From NCBI GenBank assembly GCA_026770705.1, contig JANJGN010000011.1, positions 105,090,001 through 105,154,000 of the forward strand: a DNA stretch of 64,000 nucleotides. The letters run 5' to 3'. Below, piece by piece: positions 1 through 13,195 of this stretch. The position numbers were made by a program, and so were the translations under genes. Below the pieces are notes generated by a model. The model saw only the letters and a list, made by a program, of their open reading frames with translations. It did no database searches and was not told the DNA's origin. The stretch's first letter is position 1; every line of letters begins with the position of its first letter. This stretch comes from Isurus oxyrinchus. Lineage: Eukaryota.

Positions 1-289
1 TAGTACTTTAAAATAAATCCAAATTTTCTGCATCTTCACCTGGCCACCACATATTGCTCCTTGCAAGCATTTTGAATTTGGAAATTCTAGGAAGCATGCT
101 ATGCAACACAGTTAAGAATGGTTCCCTTCCTTGTGAAGGAATGACGACTTGTGCACCCCATAATAGGATACCATCCTGACTACTCAATTCATTCCTTCAA
201 ATGAAGAATGGCTTCAATTCTTTCAGGGCTGGTTCCTGGGACCATCCTCTCAATACTTGGTCTCGTACTCTAGACAAGCCTGGATCATG

Positions 290-457
290 ATAAAAACAAA
301 AAAACTGCGGATGCTGGAAATCCAAAACAAAAACAGAATTACCTGGAAAAACTCAGCAGGTCTGGCAGCATCGGCGGAGAAGAAAAGAGTTGACGTTTCG
401 AGTCCTCATGACCCTTCGACAGAACTTGATTTCGAGTCCAAGAAAGAGTTGAAATAT
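290..457 (-). mobile_element. Short Penelope-like 3'-end insertion with hammerhead motif
   Basis: Same sequence as the termini of the Penelope copies at 25229 and 59822. 14-bp TSD AAGCCTGGATCATG at 276-289 and 458-471. Interrupts Gypsy pol. Confidence 0.9.
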
Positions 458-3246
458 AAGCCTGGATCATGGTTCATCCAGTTTCTTATTTATTTTATGC
501 AGACTGGCGAAGAATCCAGAAAATTCATCGCTAATATTATCTCTCGGGGAGTTGGAGCATGTTCAATGCTCTCCTGCAAAAGAAGGTGACTTAGGGCATC
601 TTCATAGGCTACATGCATCCCTGGTCTGTGCATAAAAGTATATTCATATGCTGATAAAATCAAAGCCCATCTTTGAATTCATGTGGAAGCTATGGGAGGG
701 ATAGCTTTCTCTTCGCTAAATTGACCCAAGAGCGGTTTGTCATCAGATACTTTGGTAAACTGTCAGCCATGTACATACCGATGGAATTTTCTAACTCCAA
801 ACTAATTGATTATCCTCCTTACCAATTTGTGAATAACCCTTCTCGGCATAGATAGAGTTCTGGATACATAGCCTATTGGCCTTTCTGAACCGTCGTCCAT
901 CTTGTGAGATAGTACTACTCCATGTGATAGAGGGTGGCATCACAAGTTAGCACCAATTCTTTTCTCAGGTTGTAGTGTACTAACAATTTCGAAGAGTGCA
1001 AGAGCTGTTTAAGTTTTGTGAAAGCTTCTTTTTGAGATGACTTCCAAGACCAACATTGTTTTCTCTTTAATAATGAGTGTAGAGGGGCTAGGGTCATTGA
1101 AAAGTTGAATAGGAATTGACCATAGTAATTTGCCATACCCAAGAATGACTTGAGCTCTGAGACATTTGTAAGCAAGGGTGCCTCCTTAATAGCTTTAACC
1201 GTTTCTTCTACTGGGTGTAACCCTTGGGCATCCACCCGGTGGCCCAAGTATAAGACTTCACTTGCCTGAAAGGTACACTTATCCTTTTTCAGGTGCACCC
1301 CTGCTTCCAAGAATCATTTTAAGACTTCCAAGCTAGCCAAGTGTTCCACTTCTGTTAACCCAGTTATTAGGACATCATCCAGGTAGACCATGACCTGAGG
1401 TAGTCCATGCAGGTACTCCATCATCCTCTGGAAAATCGTGCAGGCTGAAGAAACACCAAAAGGCAGGCACACGTATTGATACAACTCTTTGCGTGTATTT
1501 ATGGTTACAAATCCTTTAGATGTGTCAGCCAGTTCCAGCTGCTGATATGCATGACTCATATCCAATTTAGTGTAAGTTCACCCTCCTGCTAATTTGGCAT
1601 ACAGATTCTCGATCCTGGGGATAGAGTACTTGTCCAACTTGGCAACCTTGTTTACTGTTAACTTGTAATCCCCACAGATATGGATGGTCTGATCCAGTTT
1701 CAAGGTAGGGACTATGGGTACTGCCCATTCCGAAAATTGAACTGGCTGAATAATAACGAGCTTCTCTAAACGGTTTAATTCAGTGTCAACCTTCTCTCTC
1801 AAGGCATAAGGCACAGATCTGGCTTTAAAAAGTCAACCTGCTTCAAAGTCAACATAGATCTTAGCCTGCAGGTTCTTGATTTTCCCTAGCTCTTCTCAAA
1901 AGAGGAACTTGTCATATTTCTTTAGCAGCTTTGGCAATCCTCCAGCTCTCAGCTGGAAAATTTCAAACCAATTTAGTTGAATTTATTTTAGCCAACCATG
2001 AACTAGAAGGCTTGGTCCTTCACCTTCCCTACAATCACAGGGAGCTGTACTGTTTGGTGCTTGTTATAAACAGGCACAATGATAATACCTTTCACTTTTA
2101 TGGCTTCACCAATATACATTTTCAATTTAGCTGAAGTCTGCTCCATTTTTCAATTGTTGAGTACCCTTGTTTAAATATTTCAATGTGTGCTACCCCTCTA
2201 CAGTGGTTGATGCACCGATATCAACTTGCATAATCAAAAGTTTTCCATTGACCTGCAGTGTAACAGTGATTATCTCTGTTTTCCCTGCTTTCACATTAAA
2301 TAGAGAATAAACAACAGAGTTAGTGGTTTCTGGTTCTTCTACATTATGTACTTCAATCAGTTTAGCTTGCTGCCTGGGAGTCTGCCTCAATCTTGCTTTA
2401 CATTGCTTCAGTATGTGCCATCTTTTAGGATAGTAATGGCACTCCATCTCTTTAAAATGACAAGTTTCAGGGATATGGTTACTTCCACATTGGTAACAAT
2501 TCATTTTCAGATTTGCTGCTGAGTTGTTTCCTGTATTTTTTTTAATTGTCTCCTGCTTTGCGGCTGACTCCCTGGTTTTTGTGCCACGCCCGGCAGTCTG
2601 TTCCTGCCCCAACTTGAAAATGGTGACATTTCGTACACCCTGTAAGGACTGTGAATCCCACTTGGCACTTTCCATCACACGCGCTATTTCCAATGCTCTT
2701 TTAAAATCGATATTTACTTCAGCTAATAACCATCGTTGAATGGCATCATCGTGCACTCTGCAGACCAAATGATTCCTTAACATATTGTTTAGGATCTCCC
2801 TGAAGTCACAATGTTCAGTTATATGTTTCAATTTCAGTACATATGTTGCTATGGTCGCCCCTGGGGACTCCTACTCTCAAATTAAATTTGAACCTCTGCA
2901 TGATTACAGAGGGTTTGGGTTGAAAATGACCTTTTACGAGGTCTACTAGTTCACTGAAGATCTTTGAATCGGGAGTGTTCAGGGCCGTCAAGCTACGGAT
3001 TAAATTATAAGTTTTATTCCCACAGATACTTAGGAGAATTGCTTTCCTTTTTTCCTCCACTGTTATTTCGTTTGTTTGGAAAAAGATACCGAGGTGTTCT
3101 ATAGATTGACACCAATCCTCTGTGGATGAATCAAAGCAGTTAATCCTGCCAAAAGATGGCATACCTGGTGAGTATATTTTCCCTTTCTTCTGTTTAAAAC
3201 AAGATACTTACATTAACTGGGCAAGGGACAGCACCGGAACAAATTT

Positions 3247-3260
3247 ATCCTCGTCACCAA
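3247..3260 (-). other. Primer-binding site TGGTGACGAGGAT (tRNA-Ser-like)
   Basis: Lies just inside the LTR end ...TAACA. Matches the complement of the tRNA-Ser(GCT) 3' end (TGGCGACGAGGAT) with one CpG transition. Confidence 0.7.
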
Positions 3261-4189
3261 TTGTTATAGACTTGATTATCCAGACAGGTTTCTCATAAGT
3301 GAAGTTTATTTACAGGGCTTCAGCAGCAGTTACATGCTTCCATCAAGATCCACAACTAGTCACAAACTCCACCCTTAAGGTTCCCCGTGCTTCGGGCTAA
3401 TTCGTTCACACTGTCACTTGATACTACAGAGTATAATAAGTTTTAAAACCACAGTCACTACATACCTTATAGCTACAGTTACGATATTCCTTAAAGCTAC
3501 AGTCACACACTCCCTGTGTCTTCCCGCTCACTCTGACACAGCACTCACTTTCTTCACTCAAGGTTACTGTATCATTAGAAGTGAAGTTTCAGTTCCCTGG
3601 GAATGTCTTATTCTGCGGACATGGACAACAGCTGGGTCTGGCCTGCCATGAGGCTGAGTGAGATCTCCTCACACCTATTCTGGACACATTACTGACAGAG
3701 AGTCCCTCCTGTTCTTTCATTTTCTTTTCCTTCTCCTTGGCCTCCCGAAAGATGTTACCACAAATTGCTCAGTGCGGCTGAAGAATGTCTGCACGGTGAC
3801 CAATGGGAATGGCCAGAATAACTGCTTCAGTTCCTCCATTCACAGGTTCTCTCTCTCCCACCCTTGCTGCTCCTCCAATCATAGATTCTGTTTCTGGAGT
3901 GGCAGGAGCAGGGCAGAGAGAATCCATGGTTGTAGGAGCTACAGCAATGGCTAACTTGAGCACTGAATGCACAATTTTGGCTTGTCTCATTATTTCCCCA
4001 ATAGATTGCATTCAGTGAACCTTAACAACTTCAAGGGAAGATAACATGAGAGTTTCAAAAGCCCTCAGCACTACACTCACATTTGTTGATCTGTTCATGA
4101 ATTATAACTTGTTCATTTCTTTTTCAAGCTCCATTGCTCCGCAGGCCATACCATTAATTTAAATATTTAATTTTCTCACTAAAATGGCC

Positions 4190-4972
4190 AAATGTGTACC
4201 TATGCCTCCAGTACCCAGAAGAAAAGAGAATCTGACCAGGCTTCTTTCAAAAACTCAGATTGATTAATTTATTTTTGAAACAAAAATTATTTTAACAAGT
4301 TGCAAGTACTGGTTAACACACAATTGTAATCGGTAAGTATAACTATCTATCTCTTCCTAAAGAATTCCCCCAGCACACTCACAGACAAACAAAGGACAAA
4401 CAGATAGAGCCTCTCAGCAGAGATGTGGTTTGGATGATGGGCATTATAAAATAAAGGATAAAGTTTGCAGGGTCTTGACGCCATTGACCTGGAGTTCTCT
4501 GGTGTGAAGATGAGCCGCTGGTCTCGGTGGATGCTTGGAAGTTCTCACCACTGTCTCAGCTTGGCAGGTCCAAATGCTGACTGGTTACACTCAGATGAGG
4601 GTTCTCTGGTTACAGGTTGATAGCCACACACAATTTCAGGCAAGCTAATGATAGGGAGCCTTCCTTTCTCAGCTTGCTCCCCAATAAGACTACCTTCAAA
4701 CAAGCAGAATTTTTCCTCTCTCCCATGTGATTGCCTTTTTGTCTCCCAGTTTTGTTAATTAAAGTGCTTTGCAGTTCAATACAAACAAACAACTCCTTCT
4801 CGAGTACCATATATGTCAGGTGATTTCTTGGAACAAGTCTGCTTGTTTACAGCTCCAAGGTGAACTTATGACTTTTTAAAAAAAATCCCAGGTTAGCATC
4901 CAAATGGACAAGACATGCCAAATCCTTCCATTTTGTGAAAGAAAAGTTGCCTTGAGATATATGATTCTAACA
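4190..4972. mobile_element. Probable degraded solo-LTR-like repeat
   Basis: Composition and motifs loosely similar to the solo LTRs at 19260 and 58477. Ends not confirmed. Confidence 0.3.
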
Positions 4973-5354
4973 CAATTTATATTTATATTGGTTTGTGATA
5001 TCTTAATTGTCCAAATGTAATGTCAAGGTGTTTGTGGTTGATTGACACAGGGTGGCGCAGACTCAGGCCATTCAGCCCAACCAGTCCAGGCCGGTGTTTA
5101 GGCTTCACTCAGACCTTCTCCCACATTTTCTCATCTAAATATTTCCTTGTAATGCCTCATATTCCCTTCTCCATCATATGCTTGTCCACTTTCCCCTTAA
5201 ATTTGGCTTCAATCACTCCTTGAAGGAGCGATCTCAACATTCTCACCACCTTTTGGGCAAAGAAATTTGTTCTGAATTCCCTATTAGATTTCATGGTGAC
5301 TATTTTATATTGGTAGAATCTAGTTATGCTCTTCCCCAAAAGTGGAAATATTCT

Positions 5355-5469
5355 GTGTTCTGTTGAAGAGTCATAAGGACTTGAAACGTTGACTGTGTTC
5401 CTCTCCGCAGATGCTGTCAGACCTGCTGAGTTTTTCCAGGAATTTTTATTTTTATTTTTGTTTTTGTTT
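5355..5469 (+). mobile_element. Short Penelope-like 3'-end insertion with hammerhead motif
   Basis: CTGTTGA-AGAGTC...GACTT-GAAACGTT motif. 12-bp TSD TGGAAATATTCT at 5343-5354 and 5470-5481. Confidence 0.85.
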
Positions 5470-5696
5470 TGGAAATATTCTTTCTGTATCCATTTTATCA
5501 AAACCTTCTATAATTTCAAAGGCCTCAGTCAAGTCACCCCACAGCCAAAAGAAAAGAGGCCCAATCTGTCAATCCTTTCCGGATATGTATGCCTATGCAT
5601 TTCTGGTATCACCCGAGTAAATCCTCTTTGCACCCTCCCCAATGCTTTTATATCTATTTTATAATATGGCAACTATAACTGTACGCAGTACTCTGA

Positions 5697-6355
5697 GGGC
5701 TGGATTTAATGGCCATGGTGGAGACCCTGTCCACTGACTGGAAAGCCGATGACAAACTTGCAATGGCTATTCCGAGGAGCCCCAAAAATGTAAATAGCCA
5801 TCAAGCAGTCTGCAGCTGCCATTGGGGCTCCCGGGTTTTCAAAGGCAAAGTATCTGCCTCCAAGAGCTGCTGATCAACTGAAGGGCTGGCAACCCTTCAG
5901 TCCCAGCAGTGTCACTAGGAACAGCCTCTGATGGAATAGCAGTAAGCCTGAGACCAGAAGCATTGCTGGAGGTCCTAAAGAGAGGTGTGTCGGGTGGCCT
6001 CACCAGGGTCAGACAGACAGCCCTCAACGAGGGTGGTGGAGAGTATGGGGGGCTATTACAGTGGGGGAGACCTTTACCACTAGCAGGGCCCCCCACCAAG
6101 CCTGCAGGCTGGTCACCAAGGTATACCTGGCGGCCTACACAAATGGCATGCAGCCACCCTGCCACTGGTAGAATACCAGTGACAGTGGGAAGATGTCCTT
6201 AAGTGGTTCTTAATTGGCCACTTAAGTGGCTCAATTGGCCTGACCCCTAATACTACTGGGGGGATTGGGAAGGTGACAGACGTTGCACCCTGCACTTTCC
6301 CATCTGACTAAACCCCCTTAGCCTCCCAACCGGCTCCCTTCAGAGAGCAGTGTAA
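5697..6355. mobile_element. Harbinger-type MITE (probable)
   Basis: Begins GGGCTGGATTT like the other GGGC(A/T)G(G/A)ATTTT-terminated MITEs in the window, and interrupts CR1. Confidence 0.5.
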
Positions 6356-7364
6356 TGTTCAATATGGGTTTAGTATAACTGCCCTGCTTTTCAATTCTAT
6401 CACCCTATAAATGAAGCCCAGTGCTTCATTGTTTTTTTTAATGTCTTTGTTAGTGATTGATGCATCTTTTGGCATTTGGTGTATTTGTGCTTCCCTTTGT
6501 TCATCTACACCACCTACAATCATACCTTCCAAGTAACAAGTGACCTCTCTATTCTTCCTACCAAAATGTTCTACCTCACATTTTTCTGTGTTGAACTTAA
6601 TTTGCCAATTATTTGCCCATTCTGCAAGTTAATTTATGTCCTCTTGTATTTGTTGCAGTCCTCATCAGTACTGGCTATCCCCCATTCCCCACCACCCCCC
6701 CCCATCCCCCTCACCAAATTGGGTGTATTCCACAAATTTAGAAATTGTGCTTTTGATCCCAAAGTCCAATGTTAATGTAAATTGTGAACAACAGGGTCTC
6801 AGCATGGATCCTTGTGGAACACCACTTCCTGCTCCCTTGTCCTGTTGGAGGCCGAGATGCCTGTGGCTTCCGTTCTCATCTTGGAGGCACCTGTGGAGGC
6901 TCCTCCACAAGCTACTGTGCCTATGATATTGCAGGGGCTGCCCTTGTCACAGGACCATGTTACAGTGATTGTTCCTCAGTTGGAGGGGCCAAGGAAGCCA
7001 GGGATAAGGTAGGTGCCACAGCAAGGTGACATTCTCATCAGTCCCTTCGACTGCCTCAGCCCTTTCATAGTGCCAGTGCATGTTGGATGAGGCCACCGTC
7101 AGGGACACAGCTGGCATCCCTCCAAACACTCAATGACACTGAGAGGCCAAGATGACAGAGAGTGTTACTTATTCTGTGCATGTCAGTGCACTGTTCCCTC
7201 ATCTACTCAGTGATGCTCCCTAAAAGAGTGTTCACTTTCTCAATCAAGGAGCTCATGCTCTCAAAACCCAATGAAGCCTGATACCCAGACTTTGGTGGAA
7301 GACCGCAAAGTCCATCCCAGGCACCACAGCAATCATCAGGCTGGCATGGCAATGCTAATTTTAT

Positions 7365-9370
7365 TTATTTATTCATTTAAGAGATGTGGGTGTCGCTGGC
7401 TAGGCCAGCATTTATTGCCCATCCCTAATTGCCCTTGAGAAAGTGGCAGTGACATGCCTTCTTGAACTGTTGCAGCCCATGTGGTGTAGGTACAGCCACA
7501 ATGCTGTTAGGAAGGGAGTTCCTGGATTTTGGCCCAGCTACATTGAAGGAATGATGATGTGACTCCAACCAGTGGTGAGCTTTCCCTGCATCTTATTGAC
7601 TCATTTTGCTAGGACTCCTTGATGTTACACTCAGTCAAATGCTACCATCATGTCAGGGGCATTCACTCTCACCTCACCAAGGGAGTTCAGCTCTTTTGTC
7701 TGTGCTGTAATGGGGTCAGGAGCTGAGTAGCCCTGGCAGAACCCAAGCTGAACGTCAGTGAGCAGAATATTGCTAAGCAAGTGCCGCTTGATAACACTGT
7801 TCATGACTCCATCCATCACTTTACTGATGATTGAGAGTTGACTGATGGGGCGGTAATTGGCCGGGTTGGATTTGTCCAGCTTTTTGTGTACAGGACATAC
7901 ATGGGCAATTTTCCACATTGGCGGGTAGATGGCAGTATTGTAGCCGTACTGGATCAGCTTGGCTAGGGGCGCGGCAAGTTCTGGAGCACAAGTCTTCAGT
8001 ACTATTGCCGGACTACTGTCAGGGCACATAGCCTTTGCAGTATCCAGTGCCTTCAGCCATTTCTTGAAATCACATGGAGTGAATGGAATTGGCTGAAGAC
8101 AGGCATTTGTGATGCTGGGAACCTCCGGGGGAAGCTGAGATGGATCATCCCCTTGGCACTTCTGGCTGAAGATAGTTGCAAATGCTTCAACCTTATCTTT
8201 TGCACTGATAAGCTGGGCTCCCTCATTATTGAGGATGGAGATATTTGTGGAGCCTCCTCCTCCAGTCAGTTGTTTAATTGTCCAGCACCATTCACAGCTG
8301 GATGTGGCAGAACTACAGAGCTTAGATCCGATCTGTTGTTTGTGGAATTTCTTAGCTCTGTCTATCACATGCTGCTTATGCTGTTTGGCACACAAGTAGT
8401 CCTGTGTTGTAGCTTCGCCAGGTTGACTTCAATTTTAGGTATGCCTGATGCTGCTCCAGGCATGCCCTCCTGTACTCTTCATTGAACTAGGGTTGATCCC
8501 CTGGCTTGATGATAGTGGTAGAGTGGACGATATGCCGGGCCATGAGGTTACAGTTTGTGGGTGAGTACAATTCTGCTGCTGCTAATGGCCCACAGCGCCT
8601 TATGGATGCCCAGTCTTGAGTTGCTGGATCTGTTCGAAATCTATCTCATTGAGCACGGTGGCAGTACCACACAAAACGATGGAGGGTATCCTCAATGTGA
8701 ATGTGGGACTTTGTCTCCATAACAACTGAGCGGTCGTCACTCCTACCGATACTGTCATGGACAGAATGCATCTGCCGTAGGCAGGGTGGTGAGGAGGAGG
8801 TCATGTTTTTCCCTCTTGTTGGTTCCCTCACCACCTGCCACTGACCCAGTCTGGCAGCTATGTTCTTTAAGACTTGGCCAGCTCGGGCTGTACTGGTGCT
8901 ACCAAGCCACTCTTGGTGATGGACATTGAAGTCCCCCACCTAGAGTACAATCTGCACCCTTGCCAGCCTCAGTGCTTCCTCCAAGTGGTTTTCAACATGC
9001 AGGAGTAATGAGATGGTACGTGGTAATCAGCAGGAGGTCTCCTTGCCTATGTTTGACCCAATGCCCTGAGGCTTCATGGGGCCCAGAGTCGACATTGAGG
9101 ACTCCCAGGGCAATTCCCACTGTGCTGCCACTTCTGCTGGGTCTGTCCTGCTGGTGGGACAGAACATACCCAGGGATGATGGTGGTGGTGTCTGGGACAT
9201 TATCTGTAAGGTGAGAATCTGTGAGTATGACTAAGTCATGCTGCTGCTTGACTAGCCTGTGAGTCAATTTTGGCACAACCTCCGGATGTTAGTAAGGAAG
9301 ACTGCAGGAGTGACAAGGCCAAGTTTGCCATGCCGTTTCTGGTGCTTAGGGCGATGCTGTTTCACTTGAA
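7365..9370 (-). mobile_element. CR1/L2-group LINE, internally deleted ORF2
   Basis: AP endonuclease (GDFN, DLVILTDSHL) and RT N-term (ALDTAKAM.PD, NPANYRPIS, KVM). 3' tail shared with 16990-17495. Confidence 0.9.
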
Positions 9371-9439
9371 CGGCCCTCAACATTTTTTACAGATGCCTCT
9401 AACCCAACTTCCAGTAGAGGGAGAAATTATCCATCAGCC

Positions 9440-10585
9440 ACATACATCTGAATAATCCCATTACCATCTAACTATATTGAAATCAGGGTTTCCATCACCA
9501 ATAGTCTCACATTATACAGACCATGGCACGGCAGCAAACCCAATCCTCCTGCCCTTAACTACATCAAAGAATGGTAACACACATATCTGAAAGGAAGCAT
9601 AAGCAATTAGCATTGAAAGAAAAATTCATGACCATACAAATAGAGAAAACATCACCCAAGTGACCCATTTCTAAGGGGTGAAATCTCCCTGTGGCTGAGG
9701 CCTGGTGCAATAGCATCCTATCGATCTTCAGGGCTGCCTCCTCCATTGGGATCAGAGTGAGGGTTGCGGCACACCACCACCTGTCCAAGACATTGCCCTC
9801 AACTTATTCACTCTCTTAACCTGGAGAATGAAGAGAAACAGATTTATGAGATGGCTGCCCTCCCTCATCCATTCCAGCAGGACATTCACATTAGATGTTC
9901 TGCTCCTCAGTAATGCCCCCTGTCAACTGCATTCTATATATGAGTGTGGCTGACATCTCGGTGATTCAACTAGCCACTTGTTCTGACAATATTAGGGAGA
10001 ACTCAATCTTCTCAGCTCATGTGCATGCTGCTGCTTATAGATTTAGAGACCTGTTGCCTGGGTGTCACTTGCCATTCACCTTCCCAGGCCTTACTAGGTC
10101 ATTGCTTTCTACACTGGACCCAAATCCTTCTGGTGACTCATCTACTGCTTACCCCTGCTGCCACCTCCATCTATGACCTCTTTGTTTCTATAGATGGATT
10201 TCTTCTTCTGGAAGCCCAGAACAAAACATCTTTCCTGTCGGATGCTGCATGTTAAGGCCCCAGTGGTGGAGTCTGAAAACCGTGGTGCTGCCCAGGACAC
10301 CTGCCCTTGCCAAAGCTGTCCCTCTGGCATCCCAGCCATTACATTGCTTCAGTGAAAAACAAGCCCACTCATGCTGCCTTTCACCTTTTCAAAGGGCCCT
10401 CTGTTACTGGCTGCCACCTCCAAACTGCTCCTAGTACTACTAACTGGGCACTGAACTTGCTCCCCGCCAATTAGTCCCTTTGCATTTCAAAACTGCACTG
10501 TCACTGACGCTGGTACAGTGCAACGTCAGGGTCTAGAAATGAGCCAGGTGTTGGTTCCCGAGCCCATATTGAAAATCCATACCCA
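9440..10585 (-). mobile_element. Harbinger-derived remnant with Myb/SANT-like ORF fragment
   Basis: AAPRFSD motif (10142-10339) and terminal GAAAATCCATACCC resembling the TIRs of other copies. Confidence 0.5.
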
Positions 10586-12674
10586 GCTTTCAAGTCACAC
10601 TAATTCCTGTTCCTTCTCTTAGCCACTCCTTGTTTTGCAAAACACCATAACAGCATTTCTCCCCTCATGCACCACATCTCCCAAATTAAGTAGTCTGGAG
10701 AAGCAGCTGGACTTCATGCAAGATATGTCATGCATAAGTAAAAGCCTCCTGTGTTTATACTAGCAAGAATTCCAAAAACCTAATTCAGACCCTGCTGACC
10801 AGAAAACCAGTGCTAATAGACCACTTAATAACTGTGCAACTGCCCCTCGTAGGTAGCTTGTTTACCATTACCTAATACTGTGCATGAAACTACATGTTAA
10901 GGTTAAAGTTAAGTTAAATGCTAAATTCAAAATTTGACTTGATTTTAGAAAGGATGAACCTTTAAAATTTCCGCACTCACCAAATACTGCAAGTTAAATA
11001 CCCTGTAGAAGCAGTACTCCACCGAGCTGAGACTTTGTGCTAGTTACTTCCAAGTTATCCTGTTTTGTAGGATCTTTTATCACCAGCAATGGTAAGTCAC
11101 ATTTCTTTCCCAAATGTTTTGAATTTATTACCTGAGTCTTCGAAACAGAAGCTCTGTATCTAGTGGTTGTAACAGCTGTGGAATTGAAGATGTCTCAATG
11201 GGTTAAGTTCAAATACTGGTGCATCTTGCATTTTTTAAAACTAAGATAAAGTATTCAGTGGGAGCTAAATGTATCTTGACAGTGCTGTGTACATTGGTCT
11301 CCATGTGTTCATGAAGGCAGTTGGAGAGAAGTGCTGTGTTTCGTTTTTGTTGGATAATTTTGGTTTAGTTGTTCAGAAGCATGAGACATTCTCATCTGTC
11401 ACACAATTTAAATGTCCTACCCAATCCTACTCAGGCCCCCTCCCACAACTCTTTTTTCAGTACATCGATGACTGTTTCAGTGCTGCTTCATGCTCTCGCC
11501 TGGACATGGAAAAAATTATCAATTTTGCTTCCAATTTTCACCCCTCTATCGCCTTCACATGGTCCATCTCCGACACTTCCTTTTCCTTCCTTAGCCGCTC
11601 TGTCTCCATATCTGGTGACAGACTGTCCACCAATGTTCATTACAAGCCCACCAACTCCCACAGCTACCTCGACTACAGGTCTCACACCCTGCTTCCTGTA
11701 AGGACTCCATCCCATTCTCTCACTTCCTTCACCTCCACCGCATCTGTTCTGATGATGCCACTTTCCAAAATGGCGCTTCTGACATGTCTTCCTTCTTCCC
11801 TAATTGAGGTTTCCCCCCCCCCCCACTGTGGTTGACAGGGCCCAAGGCTGTGTCTGACCCATCTCCCGTGTGTCTGCCCTCACACCTTCTTCTCCTTCCC
11901 AGAACCTGTGCTCAATTTTCACCCCATCAGCCTCCGCACCTTCTGCCATTTTTGCCAACTCCAGCATGATACCCAACAAACACATCTTCCCCTCACCCCC
12001 GATCAGCATTCTGTAGAGACCGTTCCCTCCGGAACAGCATGGTCCACTCCTCCATCACCTCCAACACCTCAACCCCCTACCACGGCACCTTCTCATGCAA
12101 TCGTAGAAGGTGCAACACCTGCCCCTCTCCTTCCTCCTCATCATCCCAGGGCCCAAACACACCTTTCAAGTGAACCAATGCTTCAGTTGCACGCAATTCA
12201 GTTTGGTCTGCTGCATTCGTTGCTCCCAAAGCAGTATCCTCTACATTGGGGAGACCAAGCACAGTCTGGGTGACTGCTTTGTGGAACACCTTCGGTCTGT
12301 CTGCAAGCATGACCCAGACGTTCCTGGCGCTTGCCATTTCAACACACCACCCTGCTCTCATGCCCACGTCCTTGGCCTGCTGCAATGTTCCAGTGAAGCT
12401 CAACGCAAACCGGAGGAACAGCACCTCATCTTCCGACAAGGCACTTTACAGCCTTCCAGACTTAAAATTGAGCTCAACAACTTCAGACATGAACTCTCTC
12501 CTCTATCCTTACCCCTTTTTTAATCCCATTTTTCTACATTTATTTTAATCTTTTATCGACTTAATTTTATTTTCATTCCCTTTTTTATCCCCCTTCTATC
12601 CCATTTTATATGCTTTTTTCCGCTCCACTGCCCCCTCCCCCCTTCGCCAAAAGGACCAACTGTTTCTTTTACAT

Positions 12675-12912
12675 AAAAATAAAAAACAGCGGATGCTGGA
12701 AATCCAAAACAAAAACAGAATTACCTGGAAAAACTCAGCAGGTCTGGCAGCATCGGCGGAGAAGAAAAGAGTTGACGTTTTGAGTCCTCATGACCCTTCG
12801 ACAGAACTTGAAGTTCTGTCGAAGGGTCATGAGGACTCGAAACGTCAACTCTTTCTTCTCCGCCGATGCTGCCAGACCTGCTGAGTTTTTCCAGGTAATT
12901 CTGTTTTTGTTT
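12675..12912. mobile_element. Palindromic Penelope-end mini-element
   Basis: About 105-bp inverted arms centred on 12810. 14-bp TSD TGTTTCTTTTACAT at 12661-12674 and 12913-12926. Confidence 0.9.
12812..12851 (+). ncRNA. Minimal type I hammerhead ribozyme-like motif (variant core)
   Basis: AGUU-CUGUCGA-A-GGGUC(AUGAG)GACUC-GAAAC-GUC-AACU: helix I AGUU/AACU, helix II, palindromic ACGU helix III. Penelope-like elements are known to carry minimal hammerheads. Confidence 0.75.
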
Positions 12913-13151
12913 TGTTTCTTTTACATGTTGTTCTTTCACACAAATCTACCCTTGTTCTGCTATTATCACATTTTGCTTTCTTCCCTTTACGCCACTATCA
13001 GCACACTTACCACTATCATTAACACTCCCTTTGTCCTTTAGTTCATGACACCTTTGTCCCCATCTATCGTTGGCCTTCTATTCAGCTTCACCTGCTCCAC
13101 CCCCCCCCCCCCCCTTAAACAATAAACATTTCATCACATCTCCACTTCTCT

Positions 13152-13195
13152 TCATCTCTGAAGAAGAGTCATACGGATTCAAAACGTTAACTCTG
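13152..13195 (+). ncRNA. Degenerate hammerhead motif with canonical CUGAAGA box
   Basis: CTGAAGA-AGAGTC-ATACG-GATTC-AAAACGTTA-ACT in the Penelope 3' UTR. The GAAA box is mutated. Confidence 0.6.

Larger units (their letters stand above)
1..3510 (-). mobile_element. Ty3/Gypsy LTR retrotransposon (decayed; runs off left edge)
   Basis: Minus-strand fragments in order: gag (3162-2190, CCHC-like knuckles), protease (VDIGAS), RT (WAVPIVP, LPFGVSSA, YLDDVLITG), connection/RNase H (FLGMANYY, CDA), integrase N-term. 5' LTR from about 3262 with adjacent PBS. Many stops and frameshifts. Confidence 0.93.
5050..6830 (-). mobile_element. CR1 LINE 3' fragment (interrupted)
   Basis: GVPQGS...TISKF RT remnant (6665-6830) and a typical CR1 3' region. 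Split by a Penelope end (5355-5469) and a GC-rich MITE-like insert (about 5697-6355). Confidence 0.75.

Noticed and set aside
257-589. Recurrent small ORF MLEIQNKNRITWKNSAGLAASAEKK… as a peptide family
   Set aside because: It is the antisense reading of the Penelope terminal repeat.
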